64,000 nucleotides of DNA, from IMG/VR virus record IMGVR_UViG_3300045988_176682; one strand, written 5' to 3'. Below, piece by piece: positions 10,701 to 20,347 of the stretch. The notes beneath the pieces are model-generated. The model was not told the DNA's origin and ran no database searches. It worked only from the letters and a program-made list of their open reading frames with translations. Numbering within the stretch: the first letter of the stretch is position 1; the number at the start of each line of letters is the position of its first letter. This DNA is from a virus. The translations under genes were made by a program, and so were the position numbers.

Positions 10701-11372
10701 AGCATTAATTTCCTGCATAGACTCCCAACTGATATAGGAAGTAACTCCGGAACCGCCTCTGGTTTCTGTATCCTCAGACAGTTTAGTAACTCTTACATCG
10801 TAAGTTCCTTCAACCTGCTCTACAGGCCAACGGAGCTCCCTTACAAAAGTTGTGGTAGTCTTTCCGGTAATTTGTAAATTCTCATCTTCCGGAAAAACAT
10901 TTTTCCATTCTTCATCCGTAGACTTTTTATATTCAATTTTAAAGACTGCGGTAGCCGCGCTAATCTGAGAACCTTTCTTTCCGGTTTTGGTATAATATAA
11001 GGATTGAACAACAAAACGCAGTTCAATAAAATCAATATTCCCTCCCTGAGTTGAACGAACAAGGGCTTTATCTTTAGTTAATTCCACCCCGACAGTATTA
11101 CTGCGAGTCGAACCTACTAAAGAAAATTTTACCTCTTCATCGACACCACTCCCGGGTAATATCTCTAAATTAAAATTTTCAAAGTTATTGGTACCATTAT
11201 CATTAATCAGTGGGGTATTATCCAAATAAAAGGATTTTCCTCCATCTTTAAGACCCTCAATTTCACCTTCACATAACCCAAGCAATACTTCTACGGTATC
11301 ATCGGAAAATAAACTGTCTGCGGCAGTTGAGCTTAAATTTTTTCCTTTTTTTAACTGAAATTTATTTTCCAT
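7794..11372 (-). CDS. Central tail fibre / host specificity protein (lambda gpJ-like)
   Basis: 1192 aa. Sits after I-like, K-like and L-like genes. Contains FN3-like segments. Confidence 0.75.
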   Translation of the reverse strand: MENKFQLKKGKNLSSTAADSLFSDDTVEVLLGLCEGEIEGLKDGGKSFYLDNTPLINDNGTNNFENFNLEILPGSGVDEEVKFSLVGSTRSNTVGVELTKDKALVRSTQGGNIDFIELRFVVQSLYYTKTGKKGSQISAATAVFKIEYKKSTDEEWKNVFPEDENLQITGKTTTTFVRELRWPVEQVEGTYDVRVTKLSEDTETRGGSGVTSYISWESMQEINATIRSFPHTALAHLTCQATDQFSSIPEFSGVYKLLKIKIPSNYDPIAKTYDGIWDGTFKIAWSDNPAWCLYDLIMNDRYGCRAYSDVELDKWDTYEAGQWCDELVSDGHGGKQPRYTFNTLISDIRNGKNQINYVAASFNAVLYEEATGYLRLKIDKDQDAIMLFTPENIVEGSLTYSFTEPENRFNEITVAFTNPDLNWDTDVRQISNNDDIIRNGRVTEDFVAVGCIYEGEALRRAYYRMITCLTEKLIVSFNTNRLAQALSVWDIILLSDPTLGYALSGRIKDVEEDRHYVNLRDALYLEAGIDYKVEFTSPEGIYETEINPLTGSGNIYQLNLKEPLPDNIPEKSVFTVYGTAKTGTPKPFRVTNIKESGSDEYTVTAIEINRNKWKAADNLEFVGGDEYSGLPNVDDIPYALSVDFSEFYDPDRVEFSLLVSAELDTNAYLYYSGELVVYSREVGQDTWIRRNVINNNVIVGHPSGYYEFVVLPKNLLGNTPPFDNAPRYFYEVSNISDPPADVKNFKAEQTLEGTMLSWDPNTDIDLVGYEIREGPSWDEAEVISTKYNGNTLFVYIQDTEKHTYLIKAIDALDNYSINAAAVTVVAKEPENVPNFWITTNNDYMRFDWEEVPGIDIVYVIKRGDSWESGIELLRTKGNNATVLMPANPNTYFSIKALTPAGLYSLKPRYARPDLALDPNRNVIIEIDNGKDGFPGVTYGFKPHETLPEVMVMEDSAVFAEHYFPVNLLKEVRARNWLETQAFVFGKRLTWNDLHYKYTDPEAHVTWINSDELGDSGSIKTIIATKSTKPYEGLLGFPLSEDFWDINHQVNASVANAATFSTGRLTNGLYIQSNTQVIYNDVTIPEVFSFSIRVRVADDTPNNFYILRLTNSKTAEFMFLYNLEGTLVLTVSDGQSLRVPIKWVKGLDFLTIVVVQSETTRTVFFKSDYSDYQQIASLEAKPIGEFTSINIGV

Positions 11373-11949
11373 CAGACCCTGCCATTACTAAACTTGAAGA
11401 ACTAATATTAAATGATAAATAATGTCCATGAACTTTAAACAGACCATATCCGATAGGGATAGGAGTTCCTGATGCTGTAGTATTTGCAGGAGAGCCTAAA
11501 TATTTATTATCGGCTGAGGAACCATCATCTGATTTATTTTTTAATTTTGGCGTAAGTAAATAAGTTAAAGCACCAAAAGCCATGAGAGTTAAGCCCCAGT
11601 TAGCCAAGTAGGCAGAAGCAGGGTTACCGGGGGCGAATATGTTTGCAACAAAAGCTACGGCAATCATTGTTGCTCCCACAATCATTTGTCCCATTCCTCC
11701 TGATTTACTCATCTCAGTATAGGGATAAATATCAATATTATCTGTATATAATTTACAATAAATACTTTCCCGAGTAGCATATCCAGGAATTTGTATCGCA
11801 TATCTTCCTATTTCTAACGGAGCCTTTAATGCAGGATAGTTATGAGAGACATACATTATAGCATCATGGAGAGTTTCGAACGACCCTTCAATAACTTCCG
11901 GGATTAACTTTTCTAAGAACCCGTGGAATTTTATTTTAACTTTTCTCAA
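11362..11949 (-). CDS. Tail assembly protein (lambda gpI-like)
   Basis: Position after the K-like genes. C-terminal hydrophobic Gly-rich segment. Confidence 0.55.
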   Translation of the reverse strand: MRKVKIKFHGFLEKLIPEVIEGSFETLHDAIMYVSHNYPALKAPLEIGRYAIQIPGYATRESIYCKLYTDNIDIYPYTEMSKSGGMGQMIVGATMIAVAFVANIFAPGNPASAYLANWGLTLMAFGALTYLLTPKLKNKSDDGSSADNKYLGSPANTTASGTPIPIGYGLFKVHGHYLSFNISSSSLVMAGSDGK

Positions 11950-12262
11950 CTAAAATTCCTCCCTGCGTAATAAAACATTTTATACCATCTTTACCACAAA
12001 TATAGTGTTGTAGTCTAGGATAATTTTTGAATGTTAAATAATCAGAAACGCTTAGATTACTGCTACCTCCGGGATGGGTATGGAAAGTTCCCAAAACACA
12101 GGGTTCTTCCAATAAACTGAGGTCTTCTTCACTTAAAGAAAAACCCTCCATCGGATTATCATTAACGTTTTTTAACTCGATTAATGATTTATTGGTGGTT
12201 ATTATTCCACCTCTCTCAGGACCGCTGTCTGAGTAAAAGTAATTGATGTTTAATTCGCTCAT
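11936..12262 (-). CDS. JAB/MPN (JAMM) metalloprotease domain protein (gpK N-domain-like)
   Basis: HTHPGGSSNLSVSD matches the JAMM motif HxHx7Sx2D. Confidence 0.7.
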   Translation of the reverse strand: MSELNINYFYSDSGPERGGIITTNKSLIELKNVNDNPMEGFSLSEEDLSLLEEPCVLGTFHTHPGGSSNLSVSDYLTFKNYPRLQHYICGKDGIKCFITQGGILVEKS

Positions 12263-12707
12263 CTTCCATTAAGTCCCTTTTTACATAAACGTTATCGATA
12301 ACAACGTCTCTATGCCTTAAAACCGATGTAGTGGTATTGTACCAAACGGATTTATAAAGTTCAATAGAGGATTTTCTTCCATAAAAATGGTGCAGGATTT
12401 TTCCATCATCCACATAAATAGCAGCATGGCAGGGATAGAGAGATTTTACCGCCATTAAAATAACATCGCCATACTGAAATTCTTGAGGTCTGATATTATC
12501 TATGGTATGAAAACCCTCTCTCGGAAAATATTCTGCGTAAAGATTCATATCGGCATTCCACCAGAAATCAGGCCGAGCATAATTAGTTAATTCAATACCG
12601 AAAGCAACCCTGTAAAAATCTCTAATTAAAGAGTAACAATCATTAGTCCCATGGAGAAAATCCTTGCCGGTAAAAAGGGATAATTCTTTCTCTGTCAATT
12701 TTTTCAT
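12216..12707 (-). CDS. NlpC/P60 cysteine peptidase domain tail protein (gpK C-domain-like)
   Basis: NDCYSLIRDFY...CHAAIYVDDGKILHH gives the Cys/His catalytic pair of NlpC/P60. Confidence 0.65.
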   Translation of the reverse strand: MKKLTEKELSLFTGKDFLHGTNDCYSLIRDFYRVAFGIELTNYARPDFWWNADMNLYAEYFPREGFHTIDNIRPQEFQYGDVILMAVKSLYPCHAAIYVDDGKILHHFYGRKSSIELYKSVWYNTTTSVLRHRDVVIDNVYVKRDLMEDERIKHQLLLLRQRS

Positions 12708-12711
12708 ATCT

Positions 12712-13197
12712 TTATCCTAATGTTACAGAAGGAAAGTCTGGTTGAATAAACAGTCTGGCCGGAACGTTAAAGTTATTGCCGTCCATCGGATTTCTTAATT
12801 CTAACTCTACATAATTTTTAGTAATTGATTTTACATTCCAGATAATCCATTTTAATCTTTGATAAATTTCTCTGTTATTATCTAAATCTTGTCTCAATAC
12901 ACGATACCGGTATAGTGTAGCTTTTTCAATATCCCCGCTGATAAATAAACTGGAAAAAATACCTTCCGGGTTTACTACCCTTAATGTCGGCCGGGATAAT
13001 TTTTCGGAGTCAAGCTCATGTCCTGATAACTCAATGGGATAACCTTCCCACAAATAACCAGCCCACTCTATATCATCTCCGGCTTTCAACCTTAAAGTTG
13101 TTTTATTATATAAATCAATTTGAAATAAATCGACATAGGCATCGGCCTCTAATTTAAGGTTTTCAATTTTATGGGTATCTGGAATAATTGTAGCCAT
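12712..13197 (-). CDS. Minor tail protein (lambda gpL-like)
   Basis: LFQIDLYN...IEWAGYLWEGYPIELSGHELDSEKLSRPTLRVVNPEG resembles gpL (LWEIDLTE...VTWQGRQYQPYPIQGSGFELNGKGTSTRPTLTVSN). Confidence 0.7.
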   Translation of the reverse strand: MATIIPDTHKIENLKLEADAYVDLFQIDLYNKTTLRLKAGDDIEWAGYLWEGYPIELSGHELDSEKLSRPTLRVVNPEGIFSSLFISGDIEKATLYRYRVLRQDLDNNREIYQRLKWIIWNVKSITKNYVELELRNPMDGNNFNVPARLFIQPDFPSVTLG

Positions 13198-13610
13198 TAA
13201 AATACCTCTTTTAATTTTACTGTAAAATCAGCACACACTCCATTTCCTCCAACTAGCCTTTTTGGTAGGGGAAGAGGCTCCTTAAACCTTACTTTCAGTT
13301 CGCCTTCGGTAGGATGATGATATAAGAAGCTTTTGTGGGTTAAATGTTTTTTATAAAACTCGCGTAAAGCGCCCATATTATTAATAGATTTATTGGTCTC
13401 AAAATCCAATACTGTTCGGTTTCCTTCTTCTTTAGTGTACCATTTATAACCGGTAAAGGTGAGAGAAAATTCCCTCAGTACAGGAAAATTTCCATCTGTG
13501 GCAAAAGAATATCCCCCGCCAAAATCTACGGAAAAACCTTGGCTGACAAATGTTCCTTCTTCACTATGGAGCATAAAATCATCAAAATTATCAAGTGTCG
13601 TATCTGCCAA
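13197..13610 (-). CDS. Minor tail protein (lambda gpM-like)
   Basis: FGGGYSF...FSLTF...FLYHHP resembles gpM. Lies immediately downstream of the tape measure. Confidence 0.6.
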   Translation of the reverse strand: MADTTLDNFDDFMLHSEEGTFVSQGFSVDFGGGYSFATDGNFPVLREFSLTFTGYKWYTKEEGNRTVLDFETNKSINNMGALREFYKKHLTHKSFLYHHPTEGELKVRFKEPLPLPKRLVGGNGVCADFTVKLKEVF

Positions 13611-13611
13611 C

Positions 13612-16600
13612 TTAGCCTCCCATACTTACCTGTTTAATTAATTGTTTAATAGTGCCGTTTGTTTTTATATCCCGACTAACGGTAGCAATAATATTATCCG
13701 GGTCTTCTTGAGGAACTTGGTCAGGTGTAACAACCCATATATTCATTGTAGAATTTTTAGTTCCCGAACTCTTTTCTCCAGTCTGAGAAAGTCCCTCAGA
13801 AGTAGAAGTGAGAAAATCAGTGTTTCCGGCATTAAGATTAGAAAGAAAATCAGTACCGACAGCTTCAACGGCAGATTTTCTCATAACATATTCTCCGGGC
13901 ATTAATCTGGCATTAATCGAATCCCGGTTGGCTATTCCACCTTTTACAAGACCTCCATGAGACGCAGTGAAGAATCCGCCGGAACCGGTAACTCCTCCGG
14001 ATTCAACAACTCCTCCTCCAAATAAAGACCCTATCCCGCTAGAAACAAGACCAAGTAAACCTGTAGGGTTTCCAGAGCTGTCATCCCCACCGAATATTCT
14101 TGATAAGAATAATTTAGCGGTTTCACTATAGAATGTTTGTTCCATAGCTCTTAAAATTCCGTTGCACATATCCCTAAAGGCATCTCCGGTCTTTTCGGTA
14201 CCGTTAATAGCTACGTCAAAAAAGTTTGTAAGAGCCCCTTCGGCTTCATTTAATCCAGTGTACCAAGTCTGGCCAAAAAGCTCTCCAGTAGCGAAATTAA
14301 GGCCACTGTTGAAATAAGTATTCTGGCTCGCATATGAGTCTCTGGCATTTGTGAAAGAGTTTATAAATGCCTGATTAATATTTTCGTTAGACTCTAACTT
14401 ATTAATGGCATCAATAGTACCTTGTAACTCCAACATGGTACCTTCAAGTTCTTTAATCTGTACATCAAGGTCATTAATGGTTGAGGTATATTTTTCTTCT
14501 GCCCGAGCTGCTTCCTCGTAATTTTTCCTAGCTTCTTTTATCTGGTCAGCAGTAGCAGTTGTACTATTTCTAAGATTATTGAAAACTCTTTCAGTTTCTT
14601 CTAAATTTTGTTTTATCTCTCGATAATCTAAACTTTTAATCAGAGAAGTTCTACGTTCATTTAAGTCCTTCCTGGTTGTAAATGCTAAGTTATAACGAGT
14701 TTGATAATCTCTTCTTTGGTCTAATTCTATACGACTTCTTCCAGCGCTTTCTTCAATAGAAGCTCCCATCAGACCATATCCGGTAACTAAACCCTCCCGA
14801 TACCGATATCTGTTTTCTAAGTCAGCAATAGCTTTTTCATACTTTTTATTAATATCATCGATAGAAGAATTAAGAGCCTTGAAATAAGCATTTTGAGACT
14901 CGGCATTTCTGTCGAAAGTAGATTTTACTTTTTCTACCTCGGACTTAATTTGAGCTCTTTTATTTTTATAAGAAGCATTTAAATTAGCCAAATCTTCGTC
15001 AAAAGTAATTGCTTTTACAATATTTTTTCGACCCTCTTCTAAATCAGCTTTTTGTTTTAAGAAATCAAGCTCTGCTTCTCTCTCTAATCTTTTCTGTTCA
15101 GCATCCAAAGAAGATAGAGGCTTACTGGTTAAGGACCGGATACCTTCCTTAAACTTTCGGTCACTTTCTCTCTGAGCCTTCTTAGCTTCCTGTTTTATAA
15201 CTTCAGAATTAATATTTGAAAGTTCTGCTACAAACTCAACATAATTAGAGGTAATTTCCTGATAAATTTTACTCGTTTTATCAGTTAAAGCCTGTTTTAC
15301 TTTGTCGAGATTACCTTTTGTATAAGTATTAGCCAGAGACTGAATATCAGTTCCCATGAATTTAACCATATCTTCGATACTACCCTTTTGAAGATAATTC
15401 AAACGAGTCTCGGCAGCCATGGTTAATTCAGCTACTCCAGCAGAAATTTCTGCGCTCGAATAGTTACCACTGGTTGATAGGTCGGTTAACTTAGCTCTCA
15501 AAGCTGTCAAATCACTGGAAGTAACTTTCATTACTCCTTGAATTACAGCATCGAAAGATTTGTCCAACATATTTTGGAGGTTCTTCGAATTTTCCTGTTC
15601 GACAGTTTTCTGCTGGTCTAAGAACTTAGTGATTAAATCTCTTGTTTCCTCGGTTAAGCCAGAAGTAGAATCAGAAAGAAGTTTCATTAAATCATCAAGA
15701 AATTCTTGTCCTCTTTTCTCATATTGAGATTCAAGGGCAGCAATATAACTAGCGGATTCTTTTTCAGTAGCAGCATATCTTGAAGCTCTATAAGATTCAA
15801 TACCTGCACGCCCTGCTTTTACTCCATAAGAGGCAATATTACCATAAGGGTTTAATCTCTCAAGAGTAGATGCAACATCAATTCCACTCAAAAATTTTGT
15901 TACTGGGGACCGAGATTCTTCTTGTTGAACCCTTAAGCTGTTAGCAGTATTTTTATCAATAATTCCGTACTGTTGAAGAATACTCACTTGCTTATTTTTA
16001 TCCTCAACAGATAATCTATCCTGCATAACTCTTGCAGCCTCTCTGGTAAGGTCTCTGGCTGCCTTTGACGAACCTCTTGCGGCTTCGGCATTAAAATTAG
16101 CAAGTCTTATCTGAGCTTCTAATAATCTGTCAGCAAGTTCCTCAAAAGACTTAATGGGCTCCTTCATAATATCCGCAATTTGAGGGAATCTTGTAATAAT
16201 CATATTAACAAATTTATTTAACTCTTTTTGTCCTTCCGGACCAGAAAACTTTTCTCTCTGTACAAAAGCCCTTGAGATAACATTAGAAAAAGCATCATAA
16301 CTTTCTTGGGCCTTATTTATCTCTCCTTGTTTATCTTCCATAATAGAGGCAGTTTTTTCATAACTTCTGCCAACAGAATCTAAACTTTTATACAGACTAT
16401 AAGCAGCAGCAGCCACAGCACCAATAGCGGCAGCAGCTCCAACATAAGCTAAAAGAGACCCTCCAGCAAAAGCTGCGGCTAATCCTCCGGCAGCTGTTTT
16501 AGCATCTAAAAGACTCTTTCCCAGAACAATAATTTGCCCAATGGTCTTGGCTACTAAACCGACCGTGCCGGCTAACCCTGTACCGATTGCTAACATAGAG

Positions 16601-18267
16601 ATAAAAGAAGCAATTACGTTGCCGTTAGATTTAGCAAGATTATTAAATGCCTCAAGTAAGGATTGTGATATTCTGATAAGAGGTTCAAACCCCTCATAAG
16701 CTAAAGAACCTACTACCGACTGAGTATTTGCAAAAGTATTTTTTAAACCCTCCATTTGGGTCTGGTTAGCTTTAGTGGCAGCGGTACTGAGGGTCATCTT
16801 CTCAGTCAAATCATCCATCAATCCAATCTGATTGAGAATAGCCACCATAGCGGCCGCGCCGCGTCTCTCCATACCTTTATAAGCCTCAGTAACTCCAAAT
16901 CCGGCTTCTTTCATGGTTTTTAAGACAGGTATAAAACCTCTGGTCTTTACATCTACATCAGCCATAGTCAGCCCTATTTTAGCTAACTGGTCCTGAAATT
17001 TCTTAGTCGGTTTAATTAACTCGGTAAAAACAGCACGAAGACCGGTACCTTGAGTAGATACTGATTTAATACCGGACTGGGCCATAGCGGCAGTAGCAGC
17101 TGCTGTTTCTTCGAAAGAAACACCTAAGTTGGCTGCGGTATTGCCGGCGTACTGTAAAACATACTGAAATCCCTTAATTTCGGCCTTAGATTCATTCATG
17201 GCCGTGGTTAAGGCATTGGTAACATATTTAGCCTCATCAGCTTGAAGATTATAAATATTTAAGGCTGAGGTAATTGTTTGGGTCGAAGTAGCAAGGTCGG
17301 TACCGGTTGCGGTGGCGAGTTCGGCAATAGATCCTAAAGTGTCTTTAATCTGTTGAACAGACAAACCGGCCTGTCCCAAAACAACGGCCGCTCTGGTGAT
17401 TTCCAGAGACGTAAATTTAGTAGCATTAGCAACATCAATAATACTATTTTTCAAGGCTTCGAGACCGGCATCAGATACCGCAGTAATAGCTTGAAGATTT
17501 TTAAGCTCCTGGTCAAACTCAACCACATAACCGGTCAGATAAGAAAAAGCCCTTGTAACTGAATTAATTACAGCATAGTTAGCAATTAATTTAGCCTGGA
17601 TAAGAGCCAGAGCTCCTCCACCTACCCTTTGGAGTTTTTCGGATGCTGCAATCTGCTGATTAATAGGGTCAAGAGTTTCTGTATAAAGTTTCTTTACCCT
17701 TTCGAGAGCTTTTATACTAGCCGCTTCTTTAGTTGTTCCTATACTGGCCAGCATCTTAGCTTCATATTGAGAAAAAGCTTTATCTACCATCCCCCGATAT
17801 GCACCGGATTGCTGATACATAGAAGTACTAATACCAAGCCTGTCTCTCGAGTTACTGAACCCAAATCCATACTGGGATAATCTTTTAGTTAAAGTATCAG
17901 AAAAAACAGTAGCGGCATCTCTGGCTATTTTATTATTGACTTGTGCTAACTGGGCATTAGCTCGATTCGGATTAACTGAATAAAGACTGTTTAACTGTTT
18001 TGTTTGCTTCTTCTGAAAAGTGAGAGCTGAAAATTGTTCAGGATTACCTGCTCCAGTCTGGGCCAATATTTTTTTATACTGAACCATACTTGTGGAAAGC
18101 ATTTTGTTAAAGTTCTTTGTCGCAGCAGAGAATTTCTTGCCGGTAGTATCTATATCCTTATTAAGATTTTCGACAAGTTTCTGTAATTCGGTAAGAGTTT
18201 TTTTAGCCTCTTTACCATCCAGATTAACTCTTGCGTTAAGGTCAGATTCTTTATCACTAAATGCCAT
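13612..18267 (-). CDS. Tail tape measure protein
   Basis: 1551 aa, alpha-helical and Ala/Gln-rich with central TM/Gly-rich segments. Sits after the G/GT chaperones. Confidence 0.85.
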   Translation of the reverse strand: MAFSDKESDLNARVNLDGKEAKKTLTELQKLVENLNKDIDTTGKKFSAATKNFNKMLSTSMVQYKKILAQTGAGNPEQFSALTFQKKQTKQLNSLYSVNPNRANAQLAQVNNKIARDAATVFSDTLTKRLSQYGFGFSNSRDRLGISTSMYQQSGAYRGMVDKAFSQYEAKMLASIGTTKEAASIKALERVKKLYTETLDPINQQIAASEKLQRVGGGALALIQAKLIANYAVINSVTRAFSYLTGYVVEFDQELKNLQAITAVSDAGLEALKNSIIDVANATKFTSLEITRAAVVLGQAGLSVQQIKDTLGSIAELATATGTDLATSTQTITSALNIYNLQADEAKYVTNALTTAMNESKAEIKGFQYVLQYAGNTAANLGVSFEETAAATAAMAQSGIKSVSTQGTGLRAVFTELIKPTKKFQDQLAKIGLTMADVDVKTRGFIPVLKTMKEAGFGVTEAYKGMERRGAAAMVAILNQIGLMDDLTEKMTLSTAATKANQTQMEGLKNTFANTQSVVGSLAYEGFEPLIRISQSLLEAFNNLAKSNGNVIASFISMLAIGTGLAGTVGLVAKTIGQIIVLGKSLLDAKTAAGGLAAAFAGGSLLAYVGAAAAIGAVAAAAYSLYKSLDSVGRSYEKTASIMEDKQGEINKAQESYDAFSNVISRAFVQREKFSGPEGQKELNKFVNMIITRFPQIADIMKEPIKSFEELADRLLEAQIRLANFNAEAARGSSKAARDLTREAARVMQDRLSVEDKNKQVSILQQYGIIDKNTANSLRVQQEESRSPVTKFLSGIDVASTLERLNPYGNIASYGVKAGRAGIESYRASRYAATEKESASYIAALESQYEKRGQEFLDDLMKLLSDSTSGLTEETRDLITKFLDQQKTVEQENSKNLQNMLDKSFDAVIQGVMKVTSSDLTALRAKLTDLSTSGNYSSAEISAGVAELTMAAETRLNYLQKGSIEDMVKFMGTDIQSLANTYTKGNLDKVKQALTDKTSKIYQEITSNYVEFVAELSNINSEVIKQEAKKAQRESDRKFKEGIRSLTSKPLSSLDAEQKRLEREAELDFLKQKADLEEGRKNIVKAITFDEDLANLNASYKNKRAQIKSEVEKVKSTFDRNAESQNAYFKALNSSIDDINKKYEKAIADLENRYRYREGLVTGYGLMGASIEESAGRSRIELDQRRDYQTRYNLAFTTRKDLNERRTSLIKSLDYREIKQNLEETERVFNNLRNSTTATADQIKEARKNYEEAARAEEKYTSTINDLDVQIKELEGTMLELQGTIDAINKLESNENINQAFINSFTNARDSYASQNTYFNSGLNFATGELFGQTWYTGLNEAEGALTNFFDVAINGTEKTGDAFRDMCNGILRAMEQTFYSETAKLFLSRIFGGDDSSGNPTGLLGLVSSGIGSLFGGGVVESGGVTGSGGFFTASHGGLVKGGIANRDSINARLMPGEYVMRKSAVEAVGTDFLSNLNAGNTDFLTSTSEGLSQTGEKSSGTKNSTMNIWVVTPDQVPQEDPDNIIATVSRDIKTNGTIKQLIKQVSMGG

Positions 18268-18271
18268 GGTA

Positions 18272-18703
18272 TTACTTTCCCATCTTATTAATTATAGCTT
18301 CCAGCTCTTGTTCTGTTTTTGGAGTTACAACATTTTTCTTACTGCTTCCACCAAAGGCTTGGCTAATAATTTTTGCCATAACTTCATATTGATTGAGAGT
18401 TTGCATATTTAGTTCAGATATTTTTATCTTCACATACTGCTTTATCTCCCGATAAGAATAATAATACTGAATATCAGATATGGGTTTTCTAAAGGCCCAA
18501 AAAACAAGGTCTGAAAAATTAAGGGACTTTAACCATTCTCTGACGGACTGGAACTCTCCTTTTTGTCGTTCGAGTTCGGAATTACGCCTAGCTGCTTCAA
18601 TAAGTTTGCTCTCGCCGTGTACTGGGCCTCGTTTTTCTTCATTAAGAGCTCTTGATTCCGCAGCTTCTTCATAAAAAAATTGTTGACGTGTTCTCCACAC
18701 CAT
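18272..18703 (-). CDS. Tail assembly chaperone, T-like -1 frame extension (expressed as a G-T fusion by programmed frameshift)
   Basis: -1 frame ORF overlapping the 3' end of the G-like gene. Slippery U7 at 18673..18679. Confidence 0.65.
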   Translation of the reverse strand: MVWRTRQQFFYEEAAESRALNEEKRGPVHGESKLIEAARRNSELERQKGEFQSVREWLKSLNFSDLVFWAFRKPISDIQYYYSYREIKQYVKIKISELNMQTLNQYEVMAKIISQAFGGSSKKNVVTPKTEQELEAIINKMGK

Positions 18704-19005
18704 GCAGCAATTTTAATCGCGTCATCGGCTGTCATTTCTTCTTTAAATTCCTCAATCTCCGGAGGGATAACAACATTGCCTTTGTCATCAAACTGGCAAG
18801 TAATTAAATCAATGAAGACAGATTGAATGTCATCATTAATCAAATAAGTTTCAAATTGTCTCGGATTTTCGGAAGCATACTGGGAAAGTCTTAAGAGTTG
18901 TTTATACTTCATTTTTAAGCGGATTTCTTTACCGTTCTTAATTTTAAAGATGAGTTCATCTTCTAACGGAACCAGCAAATCCTCGGTTTTGATTTCATCA
19001 GACAT
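18529..19005 (-). CDS. Tail assembly chaperone (lambda gpG-like)
   Basis: 158-aa acidic protein between the major tail and tape measure genes. Contains a slippery heptamer near its 3' end. Confidence 0.65.
   Translation of the reverse strand: MSDEIKTEDLLVPLEDELIFKIKNGKEIRLKMKYKQLLRLSQYASENPRQFETYLINDDIQSVFIDLITCQFDDKGNVVIPPEIEEFKEEMTADDAIKIAAWCGEHVNNFFMKKLRNQELLMKKNEAQYTARANLLKQLGVIPNSNDKKESSSPSENG
18673..18679 (-). other. Programmed -1 ribosomal frameshift slippery site (U UUU UUU on mRNA)
   Basis: Minus-strand GTC AAC AAT TTT TTT ATG. A -1 slip gives ..TTT TTT TAT GAA.., matching the downstream ORF frame (FFYEE). Confidence 0.65.
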
Positions 19006-19140
19006 AGTTTTCTCCTAATAAGTTTACGAAATTATCATAAGTCATAATTTAACCTTTGTAAATACAAAATCCGGCATCTTTCGATGCCGGACCTGCTAAC
19101 CGCTTATTAGGAGTTTTTCTACGGTTAAGTCTCTCAAATA

Positions 19141-20253
19141 TTACTTCAAGAGATAGAACAATCCGTCCCCATGCTCTTCATACAAGGGGTCTCCTTCAAC
19201 CATACGGAAAGGAGTAAATTCGAACGGAAGGTTGCTATAGTTGTCAGACTGGAAGCCGACATTGAAACCATTCGTGATACGAATTTTCGGATAAATGATA
19301 GTAATCGGAGTTTTTCCATCCGGAAGAATACCGACAACTTTAGCGCCCAAGAACGGCTGAGCTGCACGAGAACCGACGTAAATCAGGTTAACACGTTTTA
19401 CTTTATCACCTTCTTTGAACTGCATAACTTCTGACGGAGCACTTGCCAATTCCAAAGTGAATTTAGCAGAAGTATCTTCGCTCGGAGTCGTCTTAGCAAT
19501 CAATTCACTTTCTACAGAATTAATTGTGATAGCCAAAGAATCGTTATCAGCAATACCCATTGCAGACAATTTTTTCTGTGCAGTAACTGCAACAGTTCCG
19601 GTAATGGAACCGGTACCGTCTTCAAAACCGAAAACAGTTTTAACCGGCTGAGAGAAAGCAACTGTAGCGTCATCAGCAGCGATGAGTTTCAATTTACCTT
19701 CTTCAATCGTCAAAACACCTGCGCCGGCCATCAGGGCGTTCATCTTCTTGAACCACTGGACTACCGTCGAAGACAGAGCGATTTCCGGAGAAAAACCAGC
19801 AGAATAAGAGGCAGTAACAATCTTACCAACAAATACCATATCTTCAGAATCGGCAGATTGAATAATAATGCGGTCTCCGTCGAGATAATCGTCAGAAGAA
19901 GCACCCTCAGCGTCTACAACAACCTCGGTTGCAGAAACTGATTTAAGAGTATGAGCTTTGCTCTCTACCATTTTAGTAGCAGACTGACCCAAACCATAAG
20001 CCAGGTTCTTTGCGGTATATTCATAAACTTCCATGGAGGTAGTGGTATCGGAACCGGTTTTTTCAGACCATACAATATCATTCTGAATACCTTGGGTCAA
20101 ATCCGTGTACTGGTCGGTAGAAGAAGTTGTGAAGTTCTTTACCAAACCGATAGAATGCTCTTTCGGATTAAGTTTTTCTACGTCTCCCATCGGGCCAATC
20201 ATAACGGTAGCGGTACCAATGTTAAACGCAGTAGTTTTAGCTTCGCCAGCCAT
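19141..20253 (-). CDS. Major tail (tube) protein
   Basis: 370 aa directly upstream of the chaperone pair. Preceded by a long 5' region and RBS. Confidence 0.6.
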   Translation of the reverse strand: MAGEAKTTAFNIGTATVMIGPMGDVEKLNPKEHSIGLVKNFTTSSTDQYTDLTQGIQNDIVWSEKTGSDTTTSMEVYEYTAKNLAYGLGQSATKMVESKAHTLKSVSATEVVVDAEGASSDDYLDGDRIIIQSADSEDMVFVGKIVTASYSAGFSPEIALSSTVVQWFKKMNALMAGAGVLTIEEGKLKLIAADDATVAFSQPVKTVFGFEDGTGSITGTVAVTAQKKLSAMGIADNDSLAITINSVESELIAKTTPSEDTSAKFTLELASAPSEVMQFKEGDKVKRVNLIYVGSRAAQPFLGAKVVGILPDGKTPITIIYPKIRITNGFNVGFQSDNYSNLPFEFTPFRMVEGDPLYEEHGDGLFYLLK

Positions 20254-20347
20254 AGCTATTTCCTTTCGTTATATTGATTAATAAAAACATTTACATTGTA
20301 TCGGTTAATATACTATAATTCAATCGTTTATTATAAACTATTAGGAG

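Noticed and set aside
9071-11062. Several 60-110 aa ORFs on both strands inside the J-like gene
   Set aside because: All fall within the 1192-aa CDS. No RBS or independent support.
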